In this document: positions 53,852 to 63,506 of the stretch, one piece after another | Numbering within the stretch: position 1 is the first letter of the stretch | How the letters are laid out: every line of letters starts with the position of its first letter | NCBI GenBank assembly: GCA_017435905.1 | Contig: JAFSEB010000047.1 | Location: 5,062 to 69,061, forward strand | Origin: Clostridia bacterium | Lineage (GTDB): Bacteria; Bacillota; Clostridia; Christensenellales; CAG-138 | Reading direction: 5' to 3' | Length of the DNA stretch: 64,000 bases | Notes under the pieces: generated by a model | Databases searched by the model: none | What the model saw: the letters and a program-made list of their open reading frames with translations, nothing else | Told to the model about the DNA's origin: nothing | Translations under genes and position numbers: made by a program

Positions 53852-55021
53852 TTATTTGACGCCGGTCTTCACGCCGTTCGCCATTTTGGTGATGATCTCC
53901 GAATCATAGGCAAAGGTGGATTCGTTCTTCTGCACCACTGCTTCCTGTGCGTACTCAACAAGCCGGTCCACGAGCTGACGGAAGGAAATACCCATGGGTT
54001 CGAAGAGATAGAAGGCAAAAGAACCGGGAATGGTGTTGATCTCGCTGACATAGAGCGCTTCCGTTTCGCTGTCAAGCATGTAATCCACACGGACAACGCC
54101 CTTGCACTCCAGCATGCGGAAAATATCGGCGGTGAAGGCACGGACGGTCTCGGTCAGAATATCGGAGATGGGCGCAGGCACCTGACGGGAAAGCCCCTTC
54201 ATGCCCTTGCCGCCACGGGTGTATTTATCCTCAAAGGTGAGAAATTCTTCCCATGAAGCAGGCTGCTCGCAAAGGGATACCGTGGTTTTTCCGTTGCCGC
54301 CAAGGCATGCGCAGTTGATCTCGACGGGCTTATTGAGCCCCTTTTCGATCAGGATGCGCCTGTCGTAAGCGCAGGCGATTTCCATGGCGTTTTCAAGGGA
54401 GGCACGGTCCGCCGCACGGCTGATGCCGATGGAAGAACCGAGGTTTGCGGGCTTCACATAGACGGGATAGCCCAGCGCCTCCGCCCTTTCGATCACAGCT
54501 TCGGGGGTTTCCTTCCACTCGCTGCGGTAGCAGTAGGTGCTGTCAAGCACGGGGAGCCCCATGCTCTTGAACACGGATTTCATGATGATCTTATCCATCC
54601 CCACTGCGCTGCCGGTAACGCCGCAGCTTGTGTAAGGGATGTTGGCAAGCTCGAACAGACCCTGCATGCTGCCATCCTCACCGTGCATGCCGTGGAAGGC
54701 GAGGATCGCACAGTCGATATCCGCAACCTTCTGGGCTTTTGCACCGAACAGACCGCCGCTGCCAAGGGTATAAAGCCCCTTCATGCCGGGAACGGGCGGC
54801 AGGATGACACGGGTAAGCCCCTTCTGATCCGGATTGAAGTTTTTATACGTTTCCACCTTGCGAAGCGGTTCACCGATGTACCATTCGCCTTTGCGGGAAA
54901 CATATACGGGGAAAGCATTGTACTTGGATTTATCCGCATTTTCCAGGATCTGCAGACCGGAAATGACGGAAACATCATGTTCCGCCGCACGGCTGCCGAA
55001 CAACACGGCAAGATTCAGCAT
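53852..55021 (-). CDS. ddl: D-alanine--D-alanine ligase
   Basis: N-terminal LAVLFGSRAAEHDVS, HGMHGEDGSMQGLFE, and the ATP-grasp core. ATG at 55021 has AAGGAG 10 nt upstream; the alternative at 55030 abuts the RBS. Confidence 0.9.
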   Translation of the reverse strand: MLNLAVLFGSRAAEHDVSVISGLQILENADKSKYNAFPVYVSRKGEWYIGEPLRKVETYKNFNPDQKGLTRVILPPVPGMKGLYTLGSGGLFGAKAQKVADIDCAILAFHGMHGEDGSMQGLFELANIPYTSCGVTGSAVGMDKIIMKSVFKSMGLPVLDSTYCYRSEWKETPEAVIERAEALGYPVYVKPANLGSSIGISRAADRASLENAMEIACAYDRRILIEKGLNKPVEINCACLGGNGKTTVSLCEQPASWEEFLTFEDKYTRGGKGMKGLSRQVPAPISDILTETVRAFTADIFRMLECKGVVRVDYMLDSETEALYVSEINTIPGSFAFYLFEPMGISFRQLVDRLVEYAQEAVVQKNESTFAYDSEIITKMANGVKTGVK

Positions 55022-55035
55022 ATGATTCATTCTCC

Positions 55036-56670
55036 TTACTCCCGATAGTTATCGGGCAGGTCATTTTCAAACAGTACCACGCAGCCGGGCTCCGTGTAAA
55101 GCGGAAGCTTCTCCGTTGCCTCGGTAAGGGATGCTGTGCGCACAAGGCAGCTTTCCGGGAAGCCTGCCTCCAGCAGACCTTCGCAGATGGGATCCGCATG
55201 GGCTTTGCCGATCACGATGGCGATATCCGTACACTTTGCCATGTGGCGTCCGAACTCACGGTTCAGCTCCGCCTCTTCCGCGCCGAGTTCCACCATGCCG
55301 GGCGTTACGCAGATGCGCCTTGCCGGGAAGGAAGCGAGAACGTTGAGCGCTTCACGGGAACCGACAGGGTTGGCGTTGAAGGCGTCGTCGATGACGGTCA
55401 CCGTGCCGGGGATAAGCTGCAGGCGGTGTTCCACCGCTTCCACCTTACCGATGCCGGCAGCGATCTCATCAAGGGTCAGGCCGAGTTTAAGCGCAAGAGC
55501 CGCTGCACCGGTCAGGTTTACGATGTTGTGGCGGCCGAGCAGCTTTGCTTTGCAGCGGACAGAGTCGCCGTTTTCGGCAACCAGCGTGAATTCGCTGCCA
55601 TCGGGGCCGACGGTAATATCGGCCGCACGAAGGTAGAGATCCTCCCCTTCCGTGCCGAACAGGTATTTCTGCCGCAGCGCAGAGGAAGCGAACATGGCAC
55701 GGCAGTTTTCATCATCGCCGTTGAAGAAGCAGCAGCCGTCGGGCATGAGACCTTCCGCCAGTTCCCCCTTTGTTTTGATGACGCCCTCAAGGGAACCGAA
55801 GGTCTCAAGGTGCTGCTTGCCCACAGCGGTAATGATGCCGTACTGCGGTTTGACAAGGGTGCACAGCTCCTTGATATCGCCCTTATAGCGTGCGCCCATT
55901 TCGGCAATGAAGATCTCGTGGTGATCTTCAAGCTGACCGCGGATAACCCGGGTCACGCCCATGGGAGTATTGAAGCTGCCGGGGGTAAAGAGCACGTCAT
56001 ACTTTTCCGCAAGGATGGTGCCGAGGGCAAACTTGGTACCGGTTTTGCCGAAGCTGCCGGTGATGCCGATCTTGGTGACATCCGTCCTTTTGGCGAGCTT
56101 CTTCTTCGCATCGTTAAAGTACCACTTTTTCACGGCACTTTCGATGGGATAGGTGACAAGGTACGCAAGAAGAACAAAGAACGGCAGCAGCATGCCGGGC
56201 AGATAGCGCAGGAAATTGGGCCAGAGGAACTGGAACCACGTCATCCTGAATTCTTCAAAGGTGGTCTTGTAGAAAAACGCAGCCGTAAAGAGGATGCCGA
56301 GGATCAGCTCCGCTGCGATCAGCCGCTTCACCCTGCCCGTAAAGGCAAGGGGCTTGATGTGTTCCTTCTTCGTGTAGGCATGATACTGAAGCAGCAGCAT
56401 CACAAGGTACACGATATCCGCAAGGGCATAGGAAATGCCGTAAAGGGCGCCGCCCATGCTGTAAAAGAGCACATAGCCGCAGCGGAACGCCATGGCGATC
56501 ACGCCGATCATCACATAGGGCAGCACATCGGAAACCACATGTTTGAAGACCCACTTCAGGTACATTTTGCCCTGATAGCTCTCAAGCTGCAGCATATGGA
56601 TGAGCGGCAGCGAAGCGAGCACCACGCCGATGGCGGCTGCAAGCATATAAACATAACTCGTAATCGTCAA
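55036..56670 (-). CDS. murF: MurF-like Mur ligase (UDP-MurNAc-tripeptide--D-Ala-D-Ala ligase family) with a ~190-aa polytopic N-terminal membrane domain
   Basis: P-loop ITGSFGKTGTK at ~residue 205. Central and C-terminal Mur ligase domains (DDAFNANP, VTPGMVELG). About five hydrophobic helices precede the P-loop. TTG start with GAGGAG RBS 7 nt upstream. Located directly upstream of ddl. Confidence 0.75.
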   Translation of the reverse strand: MTITSYVYMLAAAIGVVLASLPLIHMLQLESYQGKMYLKWVFKHVVSDVLPYVMIGVIAMAFRCGYVLFYSMGGALYGISYALADIVYLVMLLLQYHAYTKKEHIKPLAFTGRVKRLIAAELILGILFTAAFFYKTTFEEFRMTWFQFLWPNFLRYLPGMLLPFFVLLAYLVTYPIESAVKKWYFNDAKKKLAKRTDVTKIGITGSFGKTGTKFALGTILAEKYDVLFTPGSFNTPMGVTRVIRGQLEDHHEIFIAEMGARYKGDIKELCTLVKPQYGIITAVGKQHLETFGSLEGVIKTKGELAEGLMPDGCCFFNGDDENCRAMFASSALRQKYLFGTEGEDLYLRAADITVGPDGSEFTLVAENGDSVRCKAKLLGRHNIVNLTGAAALALKLGLTLDEIAAGIGKVEAVEHRLQLIPGTVTVIDDAFNANPVGSREALNVLASFPARRICVTPGMVELGAEEAELNREFGRHMAKCTDIAIVIGKAHADPICEGLLEAGFPESCLVRTASLTEATEKLPLYTEPGCVVLFENDLPDNYRE

Positions 56671-56681
56671 ATCGTATCTCC

Positions 56682-57440
56682 TCAGGCAAAAAATGCCTTC
56701 ATGACCGCAGCAAACTGCGGGTATTTATCGGCGTAGGAAAAGTGCCCTGCGCCCTCAAGAACCGCAAGCCCCGCCTTTTTGATGTTCTTCTCCATCACCT
56801 TTGCCTGATAAAGCGGCGTGGCGGTATCCTGATCGCCCCAAACAAGAAGCGTTTCGTTTTCAATGGCGGAAAGCCTGTCGGTCAGGTCAAGGTTCACAAC
56901 ACGCTTGAAGGTATCCCGCATCACATCCGTTTTCAGGGCGCGGTAGTCTGCGCTGCCGGCATTTTTCTGTTTTTCGCTGATGTGGAATGCCTTATCCAGC
57001 AAGCCGATCTTTGCAAGGCGTTTGAGCGCTTTGAAGGAATAGACACGGATGTAATACTTTGCGCCCCGCTTTGGCTTTACGCCTGCCGCATCCACAAGTA
57101 CGAGCCTTGAAAACAGCGTATGATCCTCCGATGCAAGAAGAATGGTGACCCTGCCGCCGAAGGAATGGCAGATCAGATCGCACCCACGGATGCCGAGGGT
57201 CTCGATAAAGGCTTTCGTCATCGCCGCATATTCCGGTACGCCCCAGGCCGTAGGCGGTTCCTTTGTTTCGCCGAAGCCCGGAAAATCGATGGCGATGGCT
57301 TCATAGCCAAGCTGTGTCATGCAGTTCATGATGGGACGCACCGCTTCGATGCTGGCGCCCCAGCCGTGCAGGATGAGTACAGGTTTTCCATGCCCCTGCC
57401 TTTCGTAATGGATCCTGATCCCGTTTATCTCACAAAACAA
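56682..57440 (-). CDS. Alpha/beta-fold hydrolase
   Basis: HGWG oxyanion region, nucleophile elbow CHSFGG, C-terminal GAGHF. TTG start. Confidence 0.75.
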   Translation of the reverse strand: MFCEINGIRIHYERQGHGKPVLILHGWGASIEAVRPIMNCMTQLGYEAIAIDFPGFGETKEPPTAWGVPEYAAMTKAFIETLGIRGCDLICHSFGGRVTILLASEDHTLFSRLVLVDAAGVKPKRGAKYYIRVYSFKALKRLAKIGLLDKAFHISEKQKNAGSADYRALKTDVMRDTFKRVVNLDLTDRLSAIENETLLVWGDQDTATPLYQAKVMEKNIKKAGLAVLEGAGHFSYADKYPQFAAVMKAFFA

Positions 57441-57453
57441 CGTCCGCTACCCC

Positions 57454-58722
57454 TTACTTTTTCTTCAGGCTGCGGAATTTTTCCACATAGCCGATCTTAT
57501 TGCTTTGCTTCACACGGGCAAAGGCCATGGCGCCTGCAGGCACATCCTGTGTAATGGTGGAGCCTGCAGCGGTGTAGGCATCATCCCCCACCGTAACGGG
57601 CGCCACAAGGTTGGTCTGGCAGCCGAGGAACACATTGTTCCCCACGGTGGTGCGATGCTTTTTAAAGCCGTCATAATTGACGAACACGCAGCCGCAGCCC
57701 ACGTTGACGCCGCTTCCCACATCCGCATCGCCGATATAGGAAAGGTGCGGCAGCTTGGTGCCTTTGCCGACGCTGGAGTTCTTGACCTCCACAAAATCGC
57801 CGATCTTGCAGCCGTCTGCGATTTCCGTCTTCGGGCGAAGGTTCACAAAGGGCCCGACGGTCACGCTGTCGCCCACCGCCGCATCGTTTGCAACGACATA
57901 GGTCAGGGTGCAGCCCTTGCCGATACGGGTATCGTGAAGCTGGCAGCCGCCTTTGATGACGCTTCCCTCGCCGATGACGGTATTGCCGGAAAGCGTTACG
58001 CCGGGGTGGATGACCGCATCACGGCCGATGATGACATCCTCTCCGATATGGGTGGAAACGGGATCGAGCACCGTAACGCCTGCCGCAAAATGCTTTTCGA
58101 GCACCGATGCCTTCAGGAGCGATTCGCACAGGGCGATGCCTGCCCTGTCCGTTACCTGCGGCACGGAAGCGGCGCTGATCATCAGTTCATGGGTCTCCAC
58201 GCCCTCCTCCGCAAGCAAAGCGGCGCAATCCGCAACGCTGTCGGCAGGGTCTGCTTTAAGGAGCGCCTTGAGAAGCAGCGTGCCCTCGAAGCAGAAGACG
58301 CCGGAAGGCTGCAGTTCCTCTGTTTCCTCATCGGAGAAAACGAGCATTGCCGCCCTGTCTTTCCCTGCGGCACGCACCACTGCGTCGATATAATCCACTT
58401 CAAGCAGGGGAAGATTTCCGTAAAGAACGAGCACAAGCCCATCCCCTGCCGCCTCGATAACGCTGCGGGCAGCAAGAAGCGCATCCGCTTCGCCCAAAGG
58501 GGCCAGCTGGATGAAGCAGCGTGCCCTTTTGCCCACATGGGCAGAAATAAGGCCGCTTGCATTTTCAACGATCGCCGGGCAGGACAGCGAACTTTCCGCC
58601 ACGCCCGGGAGCATACGGTCGATGATCGGCTTTCCGCCAATTTCATGAAGCGCAGTGGGCTTTGCGCTGTTCATGCGCATACCCGCTCCGGCTGCAAGAA
58701 TGACGGCTGCAGATGCTTTCAT
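57454..58722 (-). CDS. glmU: Bifunctional GlcNAc-1-P uridyltransferase / GlcN-1-P acetyltransferase-like protein
   Basis: ILAAGAGMRMNS..KPTALH nucleotidyltransferase motif and a C-terminal hexapeptide-repeat beta-helix. The N-terminal domain looks divergent. Confidence 0.8.
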   Translation of the reverse strand: MKASAAVILAAGAGMRMNSAKPTALHEIGGKPIIDRMLPGVAESSLSCPAIVENASGLISAHVGKRARCFIQLAPLGEADALLAARSVIEAAGDGLVLVLYGNLPLLEVDYIDAVVRAAGKDRAAMLVFSDEETEELQPSGVFCFEGTLLLKALLKADPADSVADCAALLAEEGVETHELMISAASVPQVTDRAGIALCESLLKASVLEKHFAAGVTVLDPVSTHIGEDVIIGRDAVIHPGVTLSGNTVIGEGSVIKGGCQLHDTRIGKGCTLTYVVANDAAVGDSVTVGPFVNLRPKTEIADGCKIGDFVEVKNSSVGKGTKLPHLSYIGDADVGSGVNVGCGCVFVNYDGFKKHRTTVGNNVFLGCQTNLVAPVTVGDDAYTAAGSTITQDVPAGAMAFARVKQSNKIGYVEKFRSLKKK

Positions 58723-58871
58723 TGAAGTCCTTTCTCTCCGCCGCAGGGCAGCGGAGTTCACAAATAATATAATGATGTGTCGTTTTGATGATCGCCCGTT
58801 AAGACGGGCTCATTATGCACACATGTGCCTTTGTGTAAAGCACGGGTGCACGCTTCCCTTTTTTTGCAGTC

Positions 58872-59327
58872 TTATTCCTGCGGAAGTTCTGCGGCGCAGT
58901 GGGGGCAGCGGGTCGCTTCATCCCTAATGACTTCGCAGCAGTAGGGGCAGGTGCGGGGTTCCTTTTCCGGTTCGGGAGCAGGTTCTTCCTTCTTTTTGAT
59001 GTCCTTGAGCGCAGTGATGCCCTTTACCATCAGGAACACGCAGATAGCCATGATGAAGAAATCAAGCACGGTGGTAATGAAGGAGCCGTAAGTAAAACAG
59101 GCTGCACCGGCTTCCTGTGCGGCAGCAAGGGTCTCATAGCTGTTGCCGTCAAGGGCGATGAACAGCGTGGAAAAATCAAGACCGCCGGTCAGAAGGCTGA
59201 TAAGAGGCATGAAAAGATCGTTGACAGCGCTGGTGACGATCTTGCCGAATGCACCGCCAATCATAACGCCGACTGCCATATCCACCACATTGCCTTTGAA
59301 TGCGAACTCTTTGAACTGTTTGAACAT
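58872..59327 (-). CDS. mscL: Large-conductance mechanosensitive channel with a C-terminal CxxC..CxxC zinc-ribbon tail
   Basis: [20 protein letters not shown], two TM helices, then [32 protein letters not shown]. Confidence 0.9.
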   Translation of the reverse strand: MFKQFKEFAFKGNVVDMAVGVMIGGAFGKIVTSAVNDLFMPLISLLTGGLDFSTLFIALDGNSYETLAAAQEAGAACFTYGSFITTVLDFFIMAICVFLMVKGITALKDIKKKEEPAPEPEKEPRTCPYCCEVIRDEATRCPHCAAELPQE

Positions 59328-59495
59328 AACGTGCCTCCATACATGATTATTCTATGTTACTATACCACCAGAAAAGCAAAGAAACAAGAAAGGATACAGA
59401 AAATTCATCTTCCCGGGCGCTGTTTTCCGTATGCATAAAGAAAGAACGCCCGTTTTTTGCCGTGCGTTCCGCTTTTTAGATGCATGATAGGTGTT

Positions 59496-60785
59496 TTAAA
59501 GTATGTGCCTCTCCGAAAGCAATCTGTTTACACGCAGTTCGGAGAGTTTTTCCATCAGTTCCGCATTGGCACGGAACATGCTCTCCCGGATCCTGTTATG
59601 GGGCGGATGCTTACCGCTTTTGTACGTTTCGATCACATCCCCATAGCGTTTTTCCGCCATCGCCACCGCATCCTTCCAGGAAAGGTACAATTCCTCCGCC
59701 GCAGCTTCCCCTACCCTTCGCACCGTTTGCTTCTGCCCGTACAGCTTCATAAGACAGGCGAACAGGCTTACCGGCGTTTCCGATATCAGGAAGCCGTTTC
59801 TTCCGTCCGTTACGCCTTCCGCCGCACAGCTTCCCTTTACAAGCACCGCCGGAAGCGATGCGGCAGCCGCTTCCCGTACCACAAGGCCGTTTGTATCAAA
59901 GGTGGACGGAAACAGGAAAAGATCCGCACGGCAGTACCAGGCACGCATCAGCTCCCTGTCAAGAACGGGACCGACGAAAATGCACTTGGAACAAATGCCG
60001 CATTTTGCTGCATATTCCTCCATTTCCAGCCGATCATTCCCTCCTCCGAGAATCACAAAGCGAAAATCCTTCCCCTCTTCTTCAAGGCCTGCAAGAGCAT
60101 CAAAAACAATACGGATACCTTTATACCACATCAACCTGCCCGCAAAAAGATACACGGGAACATCTGCCGGAAGATCATACCCTGCCGTTGCTCTTTGCAC
60201 CGCATCCGCACAGAGGCGTCCCTTCGGCATATCCACACCGTTGGGCATCACGGTATATTCTCCTTCATAGCCAAGGGCACGCAGATTTTCCCCTGCCCCG
60301 CGACTCACAGCCCACACCGCATCGGATGCAGCAATGTTTTCCACCAATGCACGCCTGCATGTTTCCTGCAGCGCTTTGTTTTTCGTGAGGTTTGCGATAT
60401 CGATATCGAATTTCGTGTGATATGTCATCACGATGGGCGCATCTGCGACCTGCCGGATCTGCCGTGCCATCCACCCGGATACGATCGGACAGTGGCAATG
60501 GAGCAGCTGCACCTTTTCCGCTGCAATGCGGCTCACCGTTTCCGGCGAAAAGGGAATGCCGGCCATGTATCCCTCCATTTTCCGAAACGAAACGCTTGGG
60601 TAGCGCTGTATGGGGAAGCGGTAGTTTTCATCCGCTGCCCCCGGGTTTGCCGGAACCACCACAACAGGCTTATGCCCCATAGCCATAAGCTCTTTTGCGT
60701 AATTTGCGGTCGCCATCGCCACACCGTCATACTGCGGCGGAAACGAATCGTTCAAAAGGCATACCGTCTTCGGATCACTTGCCAT
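59496..60785 (-). CDS. GT-B fold glycosyltransferase (GT4 family)
   Basis: N-terminal VCLLNDSFPPQYDGVA and a C-terminal EAAAASLP... E-x7-E-like region. AAGGGG RBS. Confidence 0.8.
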   Translation of the reverse strand: MASDPKTVCLLNDSFPPQYDGVAMATANYAKELMAMGHKPVVVVPANPGAADENYRFPIQRYPSVSFRKMEGYMAGIPFSPETVSRIAAEKVQLLHCHCPIVSGWMARQIRQVADAPIVMTYHTKFDIDIANLTKNKALQETCRRALVENIAASDAVWAVSRGAGENLRALGYEGEYTVMPNGVDMPKGRLCADAVQRATAGYDLPADVPVYLFAGRLMWYKGIRIVFDALAGLEEEGKDFRFVILGGGNDRLEMEEYAAKCGICSKCIFVGPVLDRELMRAWYCRADLFLFPSTFDTNGLVVREAAAASLPAVLVKGSCAAEGVTDGRNGFLISETPVSLFACLMKLYGQKQTVRRVGEAAAEELYLSWKDAVAMAEKRYGDVIETYKSGKHPPHNRIRESMFRANAELMEKLSELRVNRLLSERHIL

Positions 60786-60911
60786 ATATACCCCTTTTTC
60801 CGCACTGCCGTGCCATATTTCATCCCAAAGAGAATATCACTTCATCATTAAAATCTTTTTGCAAAAATGCAAAACTATTGTGTCTTTTCGGGATATACAA
60901 CTCTTTTGCAG

Positions 60912-60951
60912 CAAAAAAGAGCTTTCCGTTTATTCGGAAAGCTCTGTTTTT
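60912..60951. terminator. Bidirectional terminator after the MATE gene
   Basis: AGAGCTTTCCG-TTTATT-CGGAAAGCTCT, flanked by AAAAAA and TTTTT. Confidence 0.7.
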
Positions 60952-60960
60952 GGTTTGTTC

Positions 60961-62337
60961 TCATGCGGCAGCCTGATTGAGGGGATTCCATGTGCCCCTT
61001 GTAAAGGCGATCAGGTACAGGGTAAACACAAGCAGGTTGTGGGCGATCATGCTGCCCCATGCCGCAACAAGACCGAAATCCATCACCTGCGTAAAGATGA
61101 ACGTGCCGACGATGCGCACGCACCACATGCCAAGTACATTATAAAGGAAGGGTGTACGGGTGCGTCCCACGCCAAGATGCATGCCTTCCACAATGATGGA
61201 AAAGCCGTAGAAAGGCTCCGATACCGCCACCATACGCAGTACCGTGGTGCCAAGACGGATGACCTCTGCGTTGTCGGAGAACAGGGATACAAGTGCCGGC
61301 GCAGCAAAGAAAAGCGCAGCACCGGAAAGGATCATCAGCGACTCTTCGATGGGGATGAACATGGCGGAAAGGGCTTTCATCTGCTTATTGTCACGGGCAC
61401 CATAAGCGTTTCCCGTCAGCGTGGCGGCAGCGGTCTGCATGCCGTAAGCAGGGATGTAAAAAGCGGATTCCACCGTGTTTGCAATGGTATGTGCCGCCGT
61501 GGATACGCCGCCGAGGGAATTGATCATTGCCGCAAAGGTCACAAAGCCAAGGCAGCTGCCAAGCTGCTGCATCATATTGGGGAAGGTGATCTTCCAGCAG
61601 GGTTTGAGGATCTTAGGATCCGGCCGAAGCGACTCGCCCTTTGGAGAGATGAGCGGATGGTGCCACAGGACAAGGGAGATGTGAATGCCGCCCCAAAGAT
61701 AGGCGATGGCACTTGCTATCGCCGCACCGATCACGCCGAGGTCTGCACCGATCATGGTAAAGCTGATGCCTGCAACGGTGATGGTTCTTGTAGGATAGAT
61801 AAGCAGGAAATTGAGGATCACATTCAAAAGGTTCACGATGATACCCACCTTCATGGGCGTTTTCGTATCGCCTGCAGCACGAAGCGCCGTTCCGAAGATG
61901 GCGGAAGCAGTCCTTGGCAGCATGGGAAGATACAGTATCATGAAATATGTTGCGGAAAGCTGCTGAATGTGGGGATCCACCTGCATCCAAACGGGTACCC
62001 ACCTGCTCAGCGACACGGGGATCAGCGTGCTGATGATGCCAAGCACCAGCACCACAAAAGCAGCCTGTGCCGCCGCATGTTTGGTGACGGCTTTATCCCT
62101 TGCGCCGCACGCCTGTGCAATGAGTGCAAGAAAGCCGACGCCGAAGGCGGAAACCGTGCTGTGTACAAGCCATCCGACGGTGCTCGTTGCGCCGACAGCG
62201 GCAACGGCATCCGTGCCAAGGGTGCCGACCATGGCCGTATCCACATACTGCACGGCGGTCTGCATCACCTGTTCCATCATCGTGGGCCAGGCGAGAGCAA
62301 CGATCATACCTGCAAGCCCTTTTTTGCTGTGTTCCAT
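60961..62337 (-). CDS. MATE-family efflux transporter
   Basis: 12-TM profile. N-terminal ALAWPTMMEQVMQTAVQYVDTAMVG is typical of MATE. Confidence 0.85.
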   Translation of the reverse strand: MEHSKKGLAGMIVALAWPTMMEQVMQTAVQYVDTAMVGTLGTDAVAAVGATSTVGWLVHSTVSAFGVGFLALIAQACGARDKAVTKHAAAQAAFVVLVLGIISTLIPVSLSRWVPVWMQVDPHIQQLSATYFMILYLPMLPRTASAIFGTALRAAGDTKTPMKVGIIVNLLNVILNFLLIYPTRTITVAGISFTMIGADLGVIGAAIASAIAYLWGGIHISLVLWHHPLISPKGESLRPDPKILKPCWKITFPNMMQQLGSCLGFVTFAAMINSLGGVSTAAHTIANTVESAFYIPAYGMQTAAATLTGNAYGARDNKQMKALSAMFIPIEESLMILSGAALFFAAPALVSLFSDNAEVIRLGTTVLRMVAVSEPFYGFSIIVEGMHLGVGRTRTPFLYNVLGMWCVRIVGTFIFTQVMDFGLVAAWGSMIAHNLLVFTLYLIAFTRGTWNPLNQAAA

Positions 62338-62460
62338 GGAATGATTATCCTCTTTATATTTTAGATAAAAAACCGGGAGCGGAAAAGCGTTTGAAAAATG
62401 CGATGCGCCGAATGCGCTGCTTTTTGGATTATCTCACATTCCTTCGTTTCGCACAATAAG

Positions 62461-62491
62461 CGAAAAAGCGGGAGTATACATTTCTCCCGCT
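62461..62491 (-). terminator. Terminator of the TetR gene
   Basis: AGCGGGAG / CTCCCGCT stem. On the minus strand it is followed by TTTTTCGCTT. Confidence 0.6.
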
Positions 62492-62506
62492 TTGTATGCT
62501 TTTGTT

Positions 62507-63022
62507 TTATCTTCCTTTATATTCTGCTTTGAGAATGGCATCCATTTCTTCCGGCGTTTCCACACAGCCGCCTGCAAGCCACATTTTGATCATGGCATTG
62601 ATGCCGTTTCGGAAAAATTCGATATGGTACTTCAGGTATTGGTTGTCAAAATCGCTTGCGGCACGCTTTGCATCGTAGATCATGATCTGATGCTTTTCAT
62701 CATAGCCGAGTTTGAAATAGGTTTTATAGAAAAGCTGATTATCCCGGATATGGGTAAACATTTTGACGGCACCCGTTGCTTCCCGTGTATCCTCATCGGT
62801 AAAGAGCTCCGAAAATTCCTTTTCAAGCTTTTCCCGCAGATGATCCGCAAGGTCGTAAATATCGATATAGTTGGCATAAAAGGTGCTGCGGTTGAGTTCC
62901 GTCTTTTTGCAGATATCGGAAACGGTGATCTCCTTCAGTTCCCTTTCCTGCAGAAGTTCCACAAATGCCTTTTCGATCTTTTCCACGGATTCCCGGCGCC
63001 GCTTGTTGTTTTTCGTATTCAT
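62507..63022 (-). CDS. TetR/AcrR-family transcriptional regulator
   Basis: N-terminal HTH ITVSDICKKTELNRSTFYANY; 171 aa. Divergent from two small membrane-protein genes. Confidence 0.85.
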   Translation of the reverse strand: MNTKNNKRRRESVEKIEKAFVELLQERELKEITVSDICKKTELNRSTFYANYIDIYDLADHLREKLEKEFSELFTDEDTREATGAVKMFTHIRDNQLFYKTYFKLGYDEKHQIMIYDAKRAASDFDNQYLKYHIEFFRNGINAMIKMWLAGGCVETPEEMDAILKAEYKGR

Positions 63023-63134
63023 TTTATTATTCCAACACCTGTTTTAATTTTGGTGATTGTTTTGCTCACCGCAAACCATTATACTGCAATTGTATTAAAA
63101 AGACAACTGTTGTTTTATTAGGAGGTAACCGATC

Positions 63135-63503
63135 ATGAAAAAAAGCAGTTTTGTGGCGCTCGTTCTCGGCACGGTAAGCGGTGTGCTGTTTGCCCTCGGC
63201 ATGTGCATGGCGCTTCTTCCCGAATGGAACGCCTTTACGGAAGGCATCGTATTCGGCGCTGTCGGCATTGTGCTTGGCATCGTCACCCTTTGCATCTGGC
63301 GCAAAATGGAAAACAAAGCCCCCATCAAACTCAACGGAAAAAACGTGCTGTTTGCGCTGTTTGCCGTTGTGGGTGCGCTGATTCTCGGCCTTGGCATGTG
63401 CTTTGTGATGGTATGGGATAAGATCGTTGCGGGCACGCTGATCGGGCTTGTAGGGCTTGTGATGCTCATCTCCCTCATCCCCATCAGCAAGGGCATCAAA
63501 TAA
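63135..63503 (+). CDS. Small integral membrane protein (4 predicted TM helices)
   Basis: AGGAGG RBS 8 nt before the ATG. Internally repeated hydrophobic pattern (LGMCMALL / LGMCFVMV). Confidence 0.65.
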   Translation: MKKSSFVALVLGTVSGVLFALGMCMALLPEWNAFTEGIVFGAVGIVLGIVTLCIWRKMENKAPIKLNGKNVLFALFAVVGALILGLGMCFVMVWDKIVAGTLIGLVGLVMLISLIPISKGIK

Positions 63504-63506
63504 AAA

